NCBI GenBank assembly: GCA_045659745.1
Contig: JAZRCL010000057.1
Span: 138-64,137 of the forward strand
Origin: Eubacteriales bacterium
GTDB lineage: Bacteria; Bacillota; Clostridia; Oscillospirales; CAG-272
Reading direction: 5' to 3'
DNA length: 64,000 nt
Shown: positions 19,461 to 30,127 of the stretch, one piece after another
Layout of the letters: every line of letters begins with the position of its first letter
How positions within the stretch are numbered: position 1 is the stretch's first letter
Translations under genes and position numbers: made by a program
The notes under the pieces: model-generated
Told to the model about the DNA's origin: nothing
Seen by the model: only the letters and a program-made list of their open reading frames with translations
Databases searched by the model: none

Positions 19461-20894
19461 ATGGCAAAAAACAAATACACGCGGCTATTTGAAAACACCG
19501 CGATATTTACCGCAGGTAAATTTATATCCAAGCTGATAGTCATTTTCATGCTTCCTTTTTATACTTCGTGTCTTTCAAGCGCGGAGTATAGCACTGCCGA
19601 CCTTATTACAAACCTCTGCAATCTTATAATTCCGCTTGCGGGACTTGGAGTGAGCGAGGGTATATTCAGAGGCGCGGCGGAGAAAAATCAGGACAAGGAA
19701 AGCTTTTTTACCAACGGAATAATACTGATGCTTATAGGCGGCGCAGGCTTTCTTGCTCTCTCACCGTTGCTCTTGACCATTAAGTATTTTTCGACGTACG
19801 TTCTACTTATAATCGCGTACGTGCTTGCTTCAAACGTCCATTCGGTATGCTCGCAGTACATCTGCGCGATAGGCAGAACGAAGCTTTTTGCAGGACAGGG
19901 CATACTTAACACAGCTTTGACGGTAGGACTCAATATTCTGTTCCTTGCGGGCTTTGATATGGGTATTACGGGCTACGTGCTATCCATAGTGCTCGCGGAC
20001 ACTCTGACAACTGTATTTTTGTTCTTTTTTGCAAGGCTTTACAGAGCATTCAAGCGTGAGAAAATAAGCGGCTCGCTTATGAAGGAAATGCTCAAATTCT
20101 GTTTGCCGCTTGTGCCGTCCACGATATTCTGGTGGATAACCAGTGTGTCCGACAGATATATGGTTGCGGCTATGCGTTCGGACACAGAAAACGGTCTGTA
20201 CACCGCGGCGTACAAAATACCCACGCTTTTGACGTACGTTGTGACTATATTCAACGATGCGTGGAAGCTTTCGGCAGTTTCTGAGGGTGAAGACCTAACA
20301 GAAAAGACTAATTTCTATTCCAAGGCATTTAAGTATTATATTGCGATAATGTTTATGGGCGGAGCGGGACTTGCTGTCACGGCAAGACTTTCGTCGGGAA
20401 TACTCTTTGCCTCGTCGTATGAGTCGGCGTGGATATTTATCCCCATGCTTTCGGCGGCAACTGTATTTACCGCGCTTAATACCTTTATGGGAAGCGCATA
20501 TTTTACAGTTAAGAGGACGGGCATGTCCTTCTGGACTTCTCTTATTGGAGCGGTATTTAATCTCGGTCTCAATCTTCTTATGATACCCGATTGGGGCCTT
20601 GGATGGGGAGCTATGGGCGCGTCTATAGCAACGCTGATAAGCTATTTCATTGTGTTTGTAATACGTGCTATTACAATGAAGCAATTCATTCCGTTCAAGC
20701 TCTATCCTGTAAAATTGATTGTGAATACCGTAATGCTTTTTGCTATCACAGCGGTAATGACTGTGTGGGGAGAAAACATCTGGGGATTGCTTGCAGCGAT
20801 AGCAATACTCGCCGTATGCCTTGTTTATAATGGAAAAGATATTATTCTGGCGTGTAAAGAAATATTAAACTCAAGAAGAAAGAAAAAAACATAA
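19461..20894 (+). CDS. MOP-superfamily polysaccharide/oligosaccharide flippase (Wzx/SpoVB-like)
   Basis: 477 aa, about 12-14 hydrophobic helices, N-terminal FENTAIFTAGKFISKLIVIFMLPFYT typical of polysaccharide biosynthesis (PST) flippases. Confidence 0.7.
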   Translation: MAKNKYTRLFENTAIFTAGKFISKLIVIFMLPFYTSCLSSAEYSTADLITNLCNLIIPLAGLGVSEGIFRGAAEKNQDKESFFTNGIILMLIGGAGFLALSPLLLTIKYFSTYVLLIIAYVLASNVHSVCSQYICAIGRTKLFAGQGILNTALTVGLNILFLAGFDMGITGYVLSIVLADTLTTVFLFFFARLYRAFKREKISGSLMKEMLKFCLPLVPSTIFWWITSVSDRYMVAAMRSDTENGLYTAAYKIPTLLTYVVTIFNDAWKLSAVSEGEDLTEKTNFYSKAFKYYIAIMFMGGAGLAVTARLSSGILFASSYESAWIFIPMLSAATVFTALNTFMGSAYFTVKRTGMSFWTSLIGAVFNLGLNLLMIPDWGLGWGAMGASIATLISYFIVFVIRAITMKQFIPFKLYPVKLIVNTVMLFAITAVMTVWGENIWGLLAAIAILAVCLVYNGKDIILACKEILNSRRKKKT

Positions 20895-20932
20895 ATATTT
20901 ACAAATTCTTCACATTTTTTTGAAGATAAATA

Positions 20933-20961
20933 TTGACAAAAAATCGCGCTTATGATATAAT
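20933..20961 (+). promoter_or_regulatory. Sigma-A type promoter TTGACA-17-TATAAT (TG-extended) for rplS
   Basis: TTGACA 20933-20938, tgaTATAAT ending at 20961. Confidence 0.65.
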
Positions 20962-21043
20962 AATCGGGCGTGTGAAAAACACAGAAAATAGGGTGGTCCG
21001 CTGCAATGCTCGCATGAACATCCGTAATATTAAGGAGGGCTTT
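20962..21043 (+). promoter_or_regulatory. rplS 5' leader (possible L19 autoregulatory leader)
   Basis: About 80-nt untranslated leader between a consensus promoter and the Shine-Dalgarno. L19 leaders are known in Bacillota, but I could not verify the fold by eye. Confidence 0.25.
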
Positions 21044-21397
21044 ATGGATCTTATTAAGGCTTTTACAAACGAGCAGCTCAAAGAGGAAGTACCCCAGTTT
21101 AACATTGGTGACACCGTACGTGTTCACAACAAGATCGTTGAGGGTACAAGAGAAAGAATTCAGATGTACGAGGGTACCGTTATCGCAAAGCACGAGGGCG
21201 GCATTTCTTCAACCTTCACAGTAAGACGCATTACCTACGGTTGCGGCGTCGAAAAGACTTTCCCCCTTCATTCTCCTAACGTAGTTAAGGTGGATGTTAT
21301 TCGTCGTGGTAAAGTTAGACGTGCTAAACTCTACTACCTCCGTGGCAGAGTTGGTAAGGCTTCCAAGGTTAAGGAAGATATTTCTGCAAAGAACTGA
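21044..21397 (+). CDS. rplS: 50S ribosomal protein L19
   Basis: [49 protein letters not shown]... Start at ATG 21044 with an AAGGAGG Shine-Dalgarno (track ORF starts upstream). Confidence 0.95.
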   Translation: MDLIKAFTNEQLKEEVPQFNIGDTVRVHNKIVEGTRERIQMYEGTVIAKHEGGISSTFTVRRITYGCGVEKTFPLHSPNVVKVDVIRRGKVRRAKLYYLRGRVGKASKVKEDISAKN

Positions 21398-21410
21398 TTT
21401 CTTATGTAAG

Positions 21411-21441
21411 AAAAAACCGAGGCTGAACGCCTCGGTTTTTT
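21411..21441. terminator. Bidirectional intrinsic terminator (rplS / convergent regulator gene)
   Basis: AAAAAA-ccgaggc-tgaac-gcctcgg-TTTTTT. Confidence 0.85.
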
Positions 21442-22474
21442 ACGTTTTCTTATGTTCTATGCTGACTATAAGTCGCTTGAATAGCCACTTGCGAGCGGCA
21501 AGTGCGCCGCCAAGTGACTGAGCGAGATGCGGGGAATCGAGAATTTTGATTATTCTGTTCGTGTCATAAAGACTTGACAAAAACTCATTTATCTCGACGC
21601 CAAAGTCTTGTCCCAGCGCAAGGGAATCCGATTGGAATATAATCTGTTTTGGTGAAAAAGTTGCGTCAAGAGTGTTTATAAGTCTTGCGGCAGATGAGAA
21701 AATTACCGAAATATCACCCGCGGTGCAGAGATAGTCGCTGAGTGGCATATTGCCCACCACTATATTCCACGGCTTGCAGATGGTAAGATTTCCAGCCTTT
21801 GAAAGATAGTATGCAGAAAGGGTATGACCTATGAGTATATATGCGGAATCAAGCTCTGCTTTAGAGATAAGATACTGCTTTATTGCTGTGTCAGGAGAAA
21901 TCACAATGTCGGGGAAAAATCCGAATATTGAGCATATTTTGCTTTTGACAACCGACACGTCGCAGGCTTTTGGAGGAGTAATCTCAGATACGTATCCTAT
22001 ACATTGTCTGCCGCCGAGATTATCGGTAATAAGTACAGAGGCAGAATAGTCGAGATTAAACTCTGAAATTCTTTGCGCACCGACGTTCAGAAAAGTCAAA
22101 AGATTTTCCTCATATCTTAACGCATCGGAATATAAATATGAATAGTGAAAATCATGGGACAGTGCCGAGGATATGAGTGACAGGGAAAACTTGCGGGTAG
22201 ATACGTCGATTACAAGAAAGCGTATCTGCTCGGAATTTTTTATATGAGCGCACACACGCCCATTGTCTTCGGGCTTTTTTATTTGCTTTTCGGCGAGGGA
22301 TAATGAGTATATGGCTTGCATTACCTTGCCGACAGTCACCTCGCTGTATCCTGTACGCTCTGCCACACTTTTTCTTGTTGGGCTATCGCTCTCAAGTATG
22401 CAGTTGAGAATAGACGATGTGGCATCCTCGCCTACCTTAATTATACATTTTTTGTGGTTTTTTCGAGTAATCAT
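21440..22474 (-). CDS. Putative HTH-containing ROK/sugar-kinase-like regulator (divergent)
   Basis: N-terminal winged-helix-like segment (ILNCILESDSPTRKSVAERTGYSEVTVGKVMQ), followed by about 270 aa with ASKHA-like strand patterns (FLVIDVS...). No clear ROK Cys/His motif. Weak call. Confidence 0.4.
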   Translation of the reverse strand: MITRKNHKKCIIKVGEDATSSILNCILESDSPTRKSVAERTGYSEVTVGKVMQAIYSLSLAEKQIKKPEDNGRVCAHIKNSEQIRFLVIDVSTRKFSLSLISSALSHDFHYSYLYSDALRYEENLLTFLNVGAQRISEFNLDYSASVLITDNLGGRQCIGYVSEITPPKACDVSVVKSKICSIFGFFPDIVISPDTAIKQYLISKAELDSAYILIGHTLSAYYLSKAGNLTICKPWNIVVGNMPLSDYLCTAGDISVIFSSAARLINTLDATFSPKQIIFQSDSLALGQDFGVEINEFLSSLYDTNRIIKILDSPHLAQSLGGALAARKWLFKRLIVSIEHKKT

Positions 22475-22580
22475 TTTAAGTCCTTTAAGGGTTATTAGGT
22501 TAATTATAAATCACTTTTTCTGCCGTGTCAATTGCGTGTGAAAAAAATTCGAAAAAACTTTAATAATATTGAAAAAAGTC

Positions 22581-22609
22581 TTGACAAATAAGAAATTTAA
22601 TGCTATAAT
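22581..22609 (+). promoter_or_regulatory. Sigma-A type promoter TTGACA-17-TATAAT for rplU-prp-rpmA
   Basis: TTGACA 22581-22586, tgcTATAAT ending at 22609. Confidence 0.65.
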
Positions 22610-22720
22610 ATTTCTTGCCGCGTAAAATTGGCTTTTTTAAGTGCGGAATTTTTTAGGGAATACCCGTAAAATTCAGCCGCCATTGTTTAGCGAGACTTAT
22701 ATGAAAGAGAGGTGCTTTTC
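22610..22720 (+). promoter_or_regulatory. rplU 5' leader (possible L21 leader)
   Basis: About 110-nt leader upstream of rplU. L21 leaders are described in Bacillota. Fold not verifiable by eye. Confidence 0.25.
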
Positions 22721-23032
22721 GTGTTTGCAATAATCGAAACCGGCGGAAAGCAGTACAAAGTAACAGAACAGGATATTATCTTTGTTGAGAAGCTTGACTG
22801 CAATGAAGGTGAGGAAATCACATTTGACAAGGTTGTAGCTTTGTCCACAGACGCAGGCTTTAAGGCAGGAACTCCTACAGTAGAAGGTGCTGTTGTTAAG
22901 GGCGTTGTTCAGAAGAACGGCAAGGGTAAGAAGATTTACGTTATGAAGTATAAGGCTAAGAAGAACGAGAAGAAGAAGATCGGTCACAGACAGCCTTACA
23001 CAAAGGTTCAGATCACAGCTATCGTTGGTTAA
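22721..23032 (+). CDS. rplU: 50S ribosomal protein L21
   Basis: (V)[24 protein letters not shown]... GTG 22721 is 8 nt after the AGAGAGG Shine-Dalgarno (track start 22712 is too close to it). Confidence 0.93.
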   Translation: MFAIIETGGKQYKVTEQDIIFVEKLDCNEGEEITFDKVVALSTDAGFKAGTPTVEGAVVKGVVQKNGKGKKIYVMKYKAKKNEKKKIGHRQPYTKVQITAIVG

Positions 23033-23041
23033 TTCTGAATC

Positions 23042-23404
23042 ATGACAAAGCTTGTATTTTACCGAAGCGGTGGTAATTTTTACGGTTTTGAGGAGCAGGG
23101 ACATACCGGATACGGCGAAGAGGGCGGCGACGTACTCTGCGCGGCACTTTCCGCAATGACAATGCTTATCATCAACACAGTAGAGATTGCGTATGCATCC
23201 CGTGTTGATTTTGAAATCGATGAAAAGACCACAAACATACGTGTAAAGTCAAAGGCAGCGCTTCCCGAATACGAGGAGGACGAGCTTAAAAGATACGCAG
23301 TATCGGGACTTTTTCTGGCATACTATAAGCAGATCGAGGATATGATGGAAGAATATTACGACTACCTCGACGTCGCAGTAGTTGACAGACCGTATGAAGA
23401 TTAA
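23042..23404 (+). CDS. prp: Ribosomal-processing cysteine protease Prp
   Basis: GHTGYGEEGGDVLCAALSAMT catalytic His/Cys region. Conserved position between rplU and rpmA. Confidence 0.85.
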   Translation: MTKLVFYRSGGNFYGFEEQGHTGYGEEGGDVLCAALSAMTMLIINTVEIAYASRVDFEIDEKTTNIRVKSKAALPEYEEDELKRYAVSGLFLAYYKQIEDMMEEYYDYLDVAVVDRPYED

Positions 23405-23457
23405 CAAAACAGAACACTACTCGGCATAGCCGAAAAAATTATTAGGAGGAAAAGATA

Positions 23458-23736
23458 ATGGTAAAGCTTAGTTTACAGTTTTTTGCTCATAAGAAGGGTG
23501 TTGGTTCTACAAAGAACGGCCGTGACAGCGAATCCAAGCGTCTCGGCGTAAAGAGAGCTGACGGTCAGGCAGTTCTCGCCGGCAACATTCTCGTAAGACA
23601 GAGAGGAACAGCTATCCATCCCGGTAACAACGTTGGTATCGGTAGCGACGACACACTCTTTGCTCTTATCGACGGCAGAGTTAAATTTGAGCATAAGGCA
23701 GGAGGAAAGAAGCAGGTAAGCGTATACGCTGACTGA
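23458..23736 (+). CDS. rpmA: 50S ribosomal protein L27 (with N-terminal propeptide)
   Basis: [10 protein letters not shown]|[22 protein letters not shown]... The 10-residue extension ending in FFA is the known Prp cleavage context. Confidence 0.95.
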   Translation: MVKLSLQFFAHKKGVGSTKNGRDSESKRLGVKRADGQAVLAGNILVRQRGTAIHPGNNVGIGSDDTLFALIDGRVKFEHKAGGKKQVSVYAD

Positions 23737-23750
23737 TCTTTCTGATGTAT

Positions 23751-23793
23751 ATAGATAAGGGGTGCGAGATCGCACCCCTTATCTATATTTTTT
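23751..23793. terminator. Strong intrinsic terminator after rpmA (16-bp stem)
   Basis: atagataaggggtgcg-agat-cgcaccccttatctat followed by ATTTTTT. Confidence 0.9.
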
Positions 23794-24028
23794 CATGACC
23801 GCTACTTTTTTCCGAATACGGTGTTGCTCCTCGAACGCGGCTTGACGTAGGAAACTACGCCTGCGCCTTGCGTTCTCTGGTGCGATACGCAAGCAGTAGC
23901 TTGCTGCCCGCTTTTGCAGGCAAAAACGCCTTGTCTTCGAAAAAATTAACGGCCTTGTTTTGATTGAGTTTTCGACTTTCGATTTTGCTATATTGCTTGT
24001 GCCAAGCCTACGACAAAATTGAAAGGTC

Positions 24029-24057
24029 TTGATTTTTTATGATTCAAGTGTTATAAT
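24029..24057 (+). promoter_or_regulatory. Sigma-A type promoter TTGATT-17-TATAAT for the rluA-like gene
   Basis: TTGATT 24029-24034, TATAAT 24052-24057. Confidence 0.5.
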
Positions 24058-24092
24058 TATTGCGTAATTCAATTTGAATTTAAGAGGTTGAC

Positions 24093-24791
24093 GTGAATAT
24101 TTTATTTGAAGATAAACATCTGCTGCTCTGCGAAAAGGCAGTTGGTGAAAACTCGCAGTTTGCGACTGACGAGGGCGGCAAAAACCTACCCGAAAAGCTT
24201 ATGGAATACCGTGTGAGCAAGGGTGAGGATAGCTACATAGGACTCGTTCATCGTCTTGACGTAGTGACGGGCGGAGTTATGCTATATTCAAAAAACAGAA
24301 ATCTTACGGGCAAGCTCTCCGAGCTTGTTTCAGAGAAGGAATATAAAAAGACCTATCTTGCGGTAGTGACCTCAAGACCTGAATCTGACAGTGGCGAGAT
24401 GACAGACCTGCTTTTCCACGACAAGCAGAAAAATAAGACGTATGTAGTAAACAAGGAGCGCAGAGGTGTAAAGCCCGCCGCGCTGAAATACAGAACACTT
24501 GAAAGTGTAAAACTCCTGTCGGGCGAGCAGATAAGCCTTGTGGAGATTGAACTCTTGACGGGACGCACGCATCAGATACGCGTGCAGTTTGCCTCGCGCA
24601 AAATGCCGCTTTTAGGTGACGGAAAGTACGGCTCAAAGCATAACTGCAACTGCGCGCTCTGGTCGCACAAGGCGGAGTTTATACACCCACAAACGAAAAA
24701 GCCCGTGTGTGTAAGCAGTAATCCTACCGCAGTATATCCTTGGAATATGTTTGAGACCTTGAAATCCGCTCATGGGCTCCCCAAAAACTGA
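24093..24791 (+). CDS. RluA-family pseudouridine synthase
   Basis: HRLDVVTGGVMLY (catalytic Asp motif) and GRTHQIRVQFA. GTG start with an AAGAGG Shine-Dalgarno. No S4 domain. Confidence 0.85.
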   Translation: MNILFEDKHLLLCEKAVGENSQFATDEGGKNLPEKLMEYRVSKGEDSYIGLVHRLDVVTGGVMLYSKNRNLTGKLSELVSEKEYKKTYLAVVTSRPESDSGEMTDLLFHDKQKNKTYVVNKERRGVKPAALKYRTLESVKLLSGEQISLVEIELLTGRTHQIRVQFASRKMPLLGDGKYGSKHNCNCALWSHKAEFIHPQTKKPVCVSSNPTAVYPWNMFETLKSAHGLPKN

Positions 24792-25489
24792 ATAACAGAG
24801 TCGCAAAGCTGACATGCGAGCGCGTCCTTATATTCGGCGCTCTCGAAAAGCTTGGCTTCGGCGACGTTAGATAAAAATCCGCATTCCACAAGTACCGCGG
24901 GGCAGCTTGAGTTGCTCAAAAGGTATATGCTTGTGCCTGCGGATTTTGTTTTTCTATTGTTGTTTGGCTGGAGATTGTTTTTTATATCGCTTTGTATTAT
25001 ATTGGCAAGGCTTTGTGACTCGGGATTCTGGTCGGAATACCACACCTGCAGTCCCGAATAACGAGAGTCAGAGAATGCGTTCATATGCAGGCTTATCAAG
25101 ATACAGTCATTGGTATTATTTATTATTTCAAGTCGAGCCGCCATATCAAGCTTTTTTTTGCGGCCTTGGTAGTTGACGTTTCTGTCGTAGAGAAGTCTGT
25201 CAGTATCGCGAGTGAGAATGACATTCACCCCCTCCGCTTCAAGCTTTTCCTTTAGGATAAAGGCAAGCTCAAGGTTTATATCCTTTTCAACAAGTCCGCT
25301 TTTGGAAGACGTGCCGCCGTCCTCACCGCCGTGTCCTGCGTCGATTATTATGGTAGAGTATTTATATCCCTCAGCAGACGTGTCCAGCGCCTTTGGGGGA
25401 GAGAGAACACCAAAGCCGATAGCTGCGGCGACGAGACAAGCGCTTGCCACAAGTATTGATACGACGTATATAAGAACAGTTTTTTTCAT
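24770..25489 (-). CDS. cwlD: N-acetylmuramoyl-L-alanine amidase (Amidase_3), CwlD-like
   Basis: N-terminal TM helix, IIIDAGHGGEDGG, SLHMNAF, ECGFLSN motifs. About 239 aa, as for the germination-specific CwlD. Confidence 0.75.
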   Translation of the reverse strand: MKKTVLIYVVSILVASACLVAAAIGFGVLSPPKALDTSAEGYKYSTIIIDAGHGGEDGGTSSKSGLVEKDINLELAFILKEKLEAEGVNVILTRDTDRLLYDRNVNYQGRKKKLDMAARLEIINNTNDCILISLHMNAFSDSRYSGLQVWYSDQNPESQSLANIIQSDIKNNLQPNNNRKTKSAGTSIYLLSNSSCPAVLVECGFLSNVAEAKLFESAEYKDALACQLCDSVIQFLGSP

Positions 25490-25593
25490 GCTATCTCCAA
25501 ATCTTTTTTGATAATTCTATGCGCCACTCCAAAAAATTATGCAGAATTGATAAAATCGAGAAAAAATATCCAACATATTATCTCAAAAAATCA

Positions 25594-25622
25594 TTGACAA
25601 GCAAATTTATTTTTGTTATAAT
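25594..25622 (+). promoter_or_regulatory. Sigma-A type promoter TTGACA-17-TATAAT for guaB
   Basis: TTGACA 25594-25599, TATAAT 25617-25622. Confidence 0.65.
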
Positions 25623-25661
25623 TATAACAATTAAAAATTTTCATACAGGATAAGAAAGTGA

Positions 25662-27137
<1,476 letters not shown>

Positions 27138-27164
27138 AAAAAGTCTAGAAGTTATAAACATAAA

Positions 27165-27192
27165 AAGGACACCCTGTACATAGGGTGTCCTT
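27165..27192 (+). terminator. Hairpin after guaB (no clear T tract)
   Basis: aaggacaccct-gtacat-agggtgtcctt, 11-bp stem. Confidence 0.5.
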
Positions 27193-27278
27193 GTGCTAAG
27201 TATAAAAATTATGGTTTGCAAAAACTTGACTTTCCTCATCCTTTGCGGGAGAATGAGGAAGGTGAGAAGGAGGAAAAT

Positions 27279-27932
27279 ATGAGCAAAAACGCATGTTTGC
27301 CTTTACGCTTTCGCATAAGGTATATGTTTTCGGGTTATAAAACGCAAAACCTTCTTAACACAGTGGGCAAAAAAATTCTTATATGCGTATTGGCAATATT
27401 ACTTACATTACCATCTTGCTACATATTTCTCCACCCCGTTAATAAAGTGAAGGTGAAGTACTTCTTTACCCGTAATTGCACTATAGAAGTGTCTGTAAGG
27501 GCAACTGTTCCAGTCGACAATTTCCTTGGGGCAGGTAATACAGAGATACTCATTGACGGAGATTGGATGAAGGTAGGCGGAACCTATTATAAATTGGAAA
27601 ATGGGGAAATATACTGTTATCGTAAGGATGGTTATGGTGAATGGCAGAAAAAGCTATATGAAAAAAGCGCCGACATGAGTGAAGACATTAGAACCGGCTC
27701 TGAATTACTCAAACGCAGTAATTACAAAAGAGCAAAAGGAAGTCTGTTTGTCTGGGAACTAAGGGAAGATGTTGCCAAGGAAATCAAGGGTCTTTCATCT
27801 GTAAAAGTCAAAAGATTTAATGGTGATATTGCGATAGTCGGTGATTATTATTATCTCGGTGATAAGTATAAAGTGTATATATGCTTTACCAAATTCGGAA
27901 GCACGGAAATAACGCTTCCGTGGGAGAATTAA
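27279..27932 (+). CDS. Hypothetical membrane-anchored protein
   Basis: ATG 27279 after an AAGGAGG Shine-Dalgarno. One TM helix (ILICVLAILLTLPSCYIFL), then a soluble domain with no motif I recognise. Confidence 0.5.
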   Translation: MSKNACLPLRFRIRYMFSGYKTQNLLNTVGKKILICVLAILLTLPSCYIFLHPVNKVKVKYFFTRNCTIEVSVRATVPVDNFLGAGNTEILIDGDWMKVGGTYYKLENGEIYCYRKDGYGEWQKKLYEKSADMSEDIRTGSELLKRSNYKRAKGSLFVWELREDVAKEIKGLSSVKVKRFNGDIAIVGDYYYLGDKYKVYICFTKFGSTEITLPWEN

Positions 27933-27994
27933 GAAGCGCAATATCTCTGCTTTGACAAATATTAATTAGAAAAATAAATCTCATTGTATAAAAC

Positions 27995-28023
27995 AAAAAG
28001 CCTCGGCTATGCCGAGGCTTTTA
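27995..28023. terminator. Bidirectional terminator (hypothetical gene / rpsR)
   Basis: AAAAA-agcctcggc-tat-gccgaggct-TTTT. Confidence 0.8.
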
Positions 28024-28035
28024 TGATTATTAAAA

Positions 28036-28284
28036 TCAGTCTGTTACGTAAGGAAGAAGAGCTGCCTGACGTGCGCGCTTAATAGCTGTGTTAAGCTCAC
28101 GCTGGTGAACAGCACAAGTTCCCGAAATTCTTCTGGGAAGGATCTTTCCGCGCTCGCTGATAAACTTGCGAAGCTTTGCGGAATCCTTATAGTCAATATA
28201 AGAAACCTTATCTGCACAGAAGATACAAACCTTCTTTCTCTTGCGCACTACGGGGCGCGCAGGACGGTTTTCATTCTTATCCAT
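28036..28284 (-). CDS. rpsR: 30S ribosomal protein S18
   Basis: [51 protein letters not shown]. Confidence 0.95.
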   Translation of the reverse strand: MDKNENRPARPVVRKRKKVCIFCADKVSYIDYKDSAKLRKFISERGKILPRRISGTCAVHQRELNTAIKRARQAALLPYVTD

Positions 28285-28326
28285 CTTATGAATCCTCCAA
28301 TTCTAAATTTAGGTGACGGTCACTTC

Positions 28327-28776
28327 TCAGAAGGGAAGATCGTCGTCTGTTTTGATTTCTTCAAACTTGGGAGCTACGTCCGAAGCTGAAGCGAAAGAGG
28401 GCGCTGCAGCAAAGCTATCTCCGCCAAAGCTAGCGGAAGACTCGGAACGGCTGTCAACGAACATAACCTCGTCAGCAACGATATCCGTTCTGTAGTGCTT
28501 TGTGTTCTGCTGGTCAACCCAGGATCTGTTCTGAAGAGTACCAACGATGCAAATGGACGAGCCCTTCTTAAAGTATCTTGAAACAAACTCAGCGGTCTGT
28601 CTCCAAGCGGTTACGTTAAAGAAATCAGTCTCGTTCTGCTGAGCGTCCTTGTTGTATCTGCGGTTAACCGCGATAGAGAAGGAAACAACAGCAATGCCAT
28701 TCTGTGTCTGCTTGAGTTCAGGATCTGCAGTAAGTCTACCACCGAGAATTACTTTATTGAAATTAAAATTAGCCAT
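28327..28776 (-). CDS. ssb: Single-stranded DNA-binding protein
   Basis: NKVILGGRLTADPELKQT OB fold. C-terminal acidic tip DDDLPF. Confidence 0.93.
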   Translation of the reverse strand: MANFNFNKVILGGRLTADPELKQTQNGIAVVSFSIAVNRRYNKDAQQNETDFFNVTAWRQTAEFVSRYFKKGSSICIVGTLQNRSWVDQQNTKHYRTDIVADEVMFVDSRSESSASFGGDSFAAAPSFASASDVAPKFEEIKTDDDLPF

Positions 28777-28796
28777 TCTGCTATCCCTCCAATAAA

Positions 28797-29195
28797 TTAC
28801 TCAGCGTCTGTAGCTTCAACAGTTTCAACAACTTCCTCAACAGGTGCTTCAACAGTTTCAACAACGGGCTCTTCAACAACTACCTTCTTTGCAACAGGCT
28901 CGAATTCGAGTCTGATGGTCATAGAACGCATAATTGTCTCGTCAATGTTGAACTGACGCTCAAGCTCTGCAATGAAAGAAGGAGCAGCCTTGTAGGTTAC
29001 AACGGTGTAGTAGCCTTCGCTCATATCGTTGATGAGATAAGCAAGACGACGCTTGCCCCAAGTGTCTACCTCAACGATTTCTCCGTTGGAACCGATCAAG
29101 TTTGTGAACTTCTCCGCTGTAGCCTTTGCAGCCTCCTCGCCGTTAGAAATATCGGCGATGAACAGAGTTTCATAAGAATTGATTACGTTTTCCAT
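28797..29195 (-). CDS. rpsF: 30S ribosomal protein S6 (with acidic/Val-Glu C-terminal extension)
   Basis: YETLFIADISNGEEAAKA...WGKRRLAYLINDMSEGYY. Confidence 0.93.
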   Translation of the reverse strand: MENVINSYETLFIADISNGEEAAKATAEKFTNLIGSNGEIVEVDTWGKRRLAYLINDMSEGYYTVVTYKAAPSFIAELERQFNIDETIMRSMTIRLEFEPVAKKVVVEEPVVETVEAPVEEVVETVEATDAE

Positions 29196-29284
29196 GTTTT
29201 TTACCTCCCTATGGACTTATTCGACCGTGTCTGATATTTACACGGTAGAGAGTAGATCTGCTCTGCAGACCATACCGAGTATGA
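29196..29284 (-). promoter_or_regulatory. rpsF 5' leader (possible S6:S18 autoregulatory leader)
   Basis: About 90-nt leader with hairpin accgtgt-(9)-acacggt just upstream of the Shine-Dalgarno. The S6:S18-binding leader is known in Bacillota. Not verified. Confidence 0.25.
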
Positions 29285-29313
29285 ATTATACCACAACCAA
29301 AAGTGTTTGTCAA
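29285..29313 (-). promoter_or_regulatory. Sigma-A type promoter TTGACA-17-TATAAT for rpsF-ssb-rpsR
   Basis: Reverse complement reads TTGACAaacacttttggttgtggTATAAT. Confidence 0.65.
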
Positions 29314-29340
29314 TAGTTTTTTTACATTTTTTATATATAT

Positions 29341-29919
29341 TTATACTATGCTGACGAAAAGGATAGAAATAAGCATAGCGGCAATCGGGATGGCGGTTCC
29401 AATGGCAAGCTCGCTTATCTTGTGTCGTTCCATTCCGAGCGATGCCCAATACACAAGAATAAGCAAGGGAAGTCCCAAAAGCGCGATGGGGCCGTAAATA
29501 TACGTAAGAAAGGCGATAGGACCTGCAACTCCGCATGCGTGTCCGCTTGCCTTGATTTTGAGCACCTTGTTGAATATAAATACCAGAAGTCCCGAGATGA
29601 AGTACGTCAAAAACAGAGCCTGCATTTTGTCGGGCATTCTGAGAGCGAAGGCGAGGATAATGCCCACGACGTATCCGAATACAGACATATATATTGCGAG
29701 ATTGCGCTGACCCTCTCTGCCTTTTTTCTTGAAATAGGGAAGTATGGGCTGGAGGGGATACGCCAAAAGAGGAAAGACTGCCACGAATATTATTCCCAAC
29801 ACGTAATTGAGAGTGCTTCCCGTTATTTCGGGAGAAACAAAATGCAGTATTGTGAACGTGGCTATGGCGACAACGGGGGCGACCGTCAGTATCCTGGCGG
29901 CATAACAGATTTTTCTCAT
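29341..29919 (-). CDS. Integral membrane protein, possibly PAP2-like phosphatase
   Basis: Six hydrophobic helices. KASGHACGVAGP and MERHKISE resemble PAP2 motifs C2/C3 (SGH ... RHxxx[DE]). Weak call. Confidence 0.5.
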   Translation of the reverse strand: MRKICYAARILTVAPVVAIATFTILHFVSPEITGSTLNYVLGIIFVAVFPLLAYPLQPILPYFKKKGREGQRNLAIYMSVFGYVVGIILAFALRMPDKMQALFLTYFISGLLVFIFNKVLKIKASGHACGVAGPIAFLTYIYGPIALLGLPLLILVYWASLGMERHKISELAIGTAIPIAAMLISILFVSIV

Positions 29920-30127
29920 AAAAGCTCCTTATAAACATCAGATATCTACATTGTATGTCACACTATATGGTTATTAAAACCACATTTGAGAATATTATAC
30001 ACTACAACTTGATTTTTTGCAAGAGGTATTTCAAAAATTTTCAAGCTTTTTGCGTGCTTCTACATTCTTGACAAAATGCGCCCTCAATGATACAATAAAG
30101 GTGTAATATTTTACTTTGGGAGCTATA

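Noticed and set aside
23840-23910. c-di-GMP-I (GEMM-I) riboswitch resemblance (GAAA tetraloop hairpin followed by ACGCAAGC)
   Set aside because: The 5' GGCAAA element and the tetraloop-receptor helix are not present, and the downstream gene (a pseudouridine synthase) is not a typical target. It is kept only as a generic candidate structured RNA in the findings.
29201-29938. 245-aa minus-strand ORF overlapping the 29341-29919 membrane protein gene in another frame
   Set aside because: The product is Arg/Ser/Cys-rich and non-membrane-like. The alternative frame gives a coherent six-helix membrane protein.
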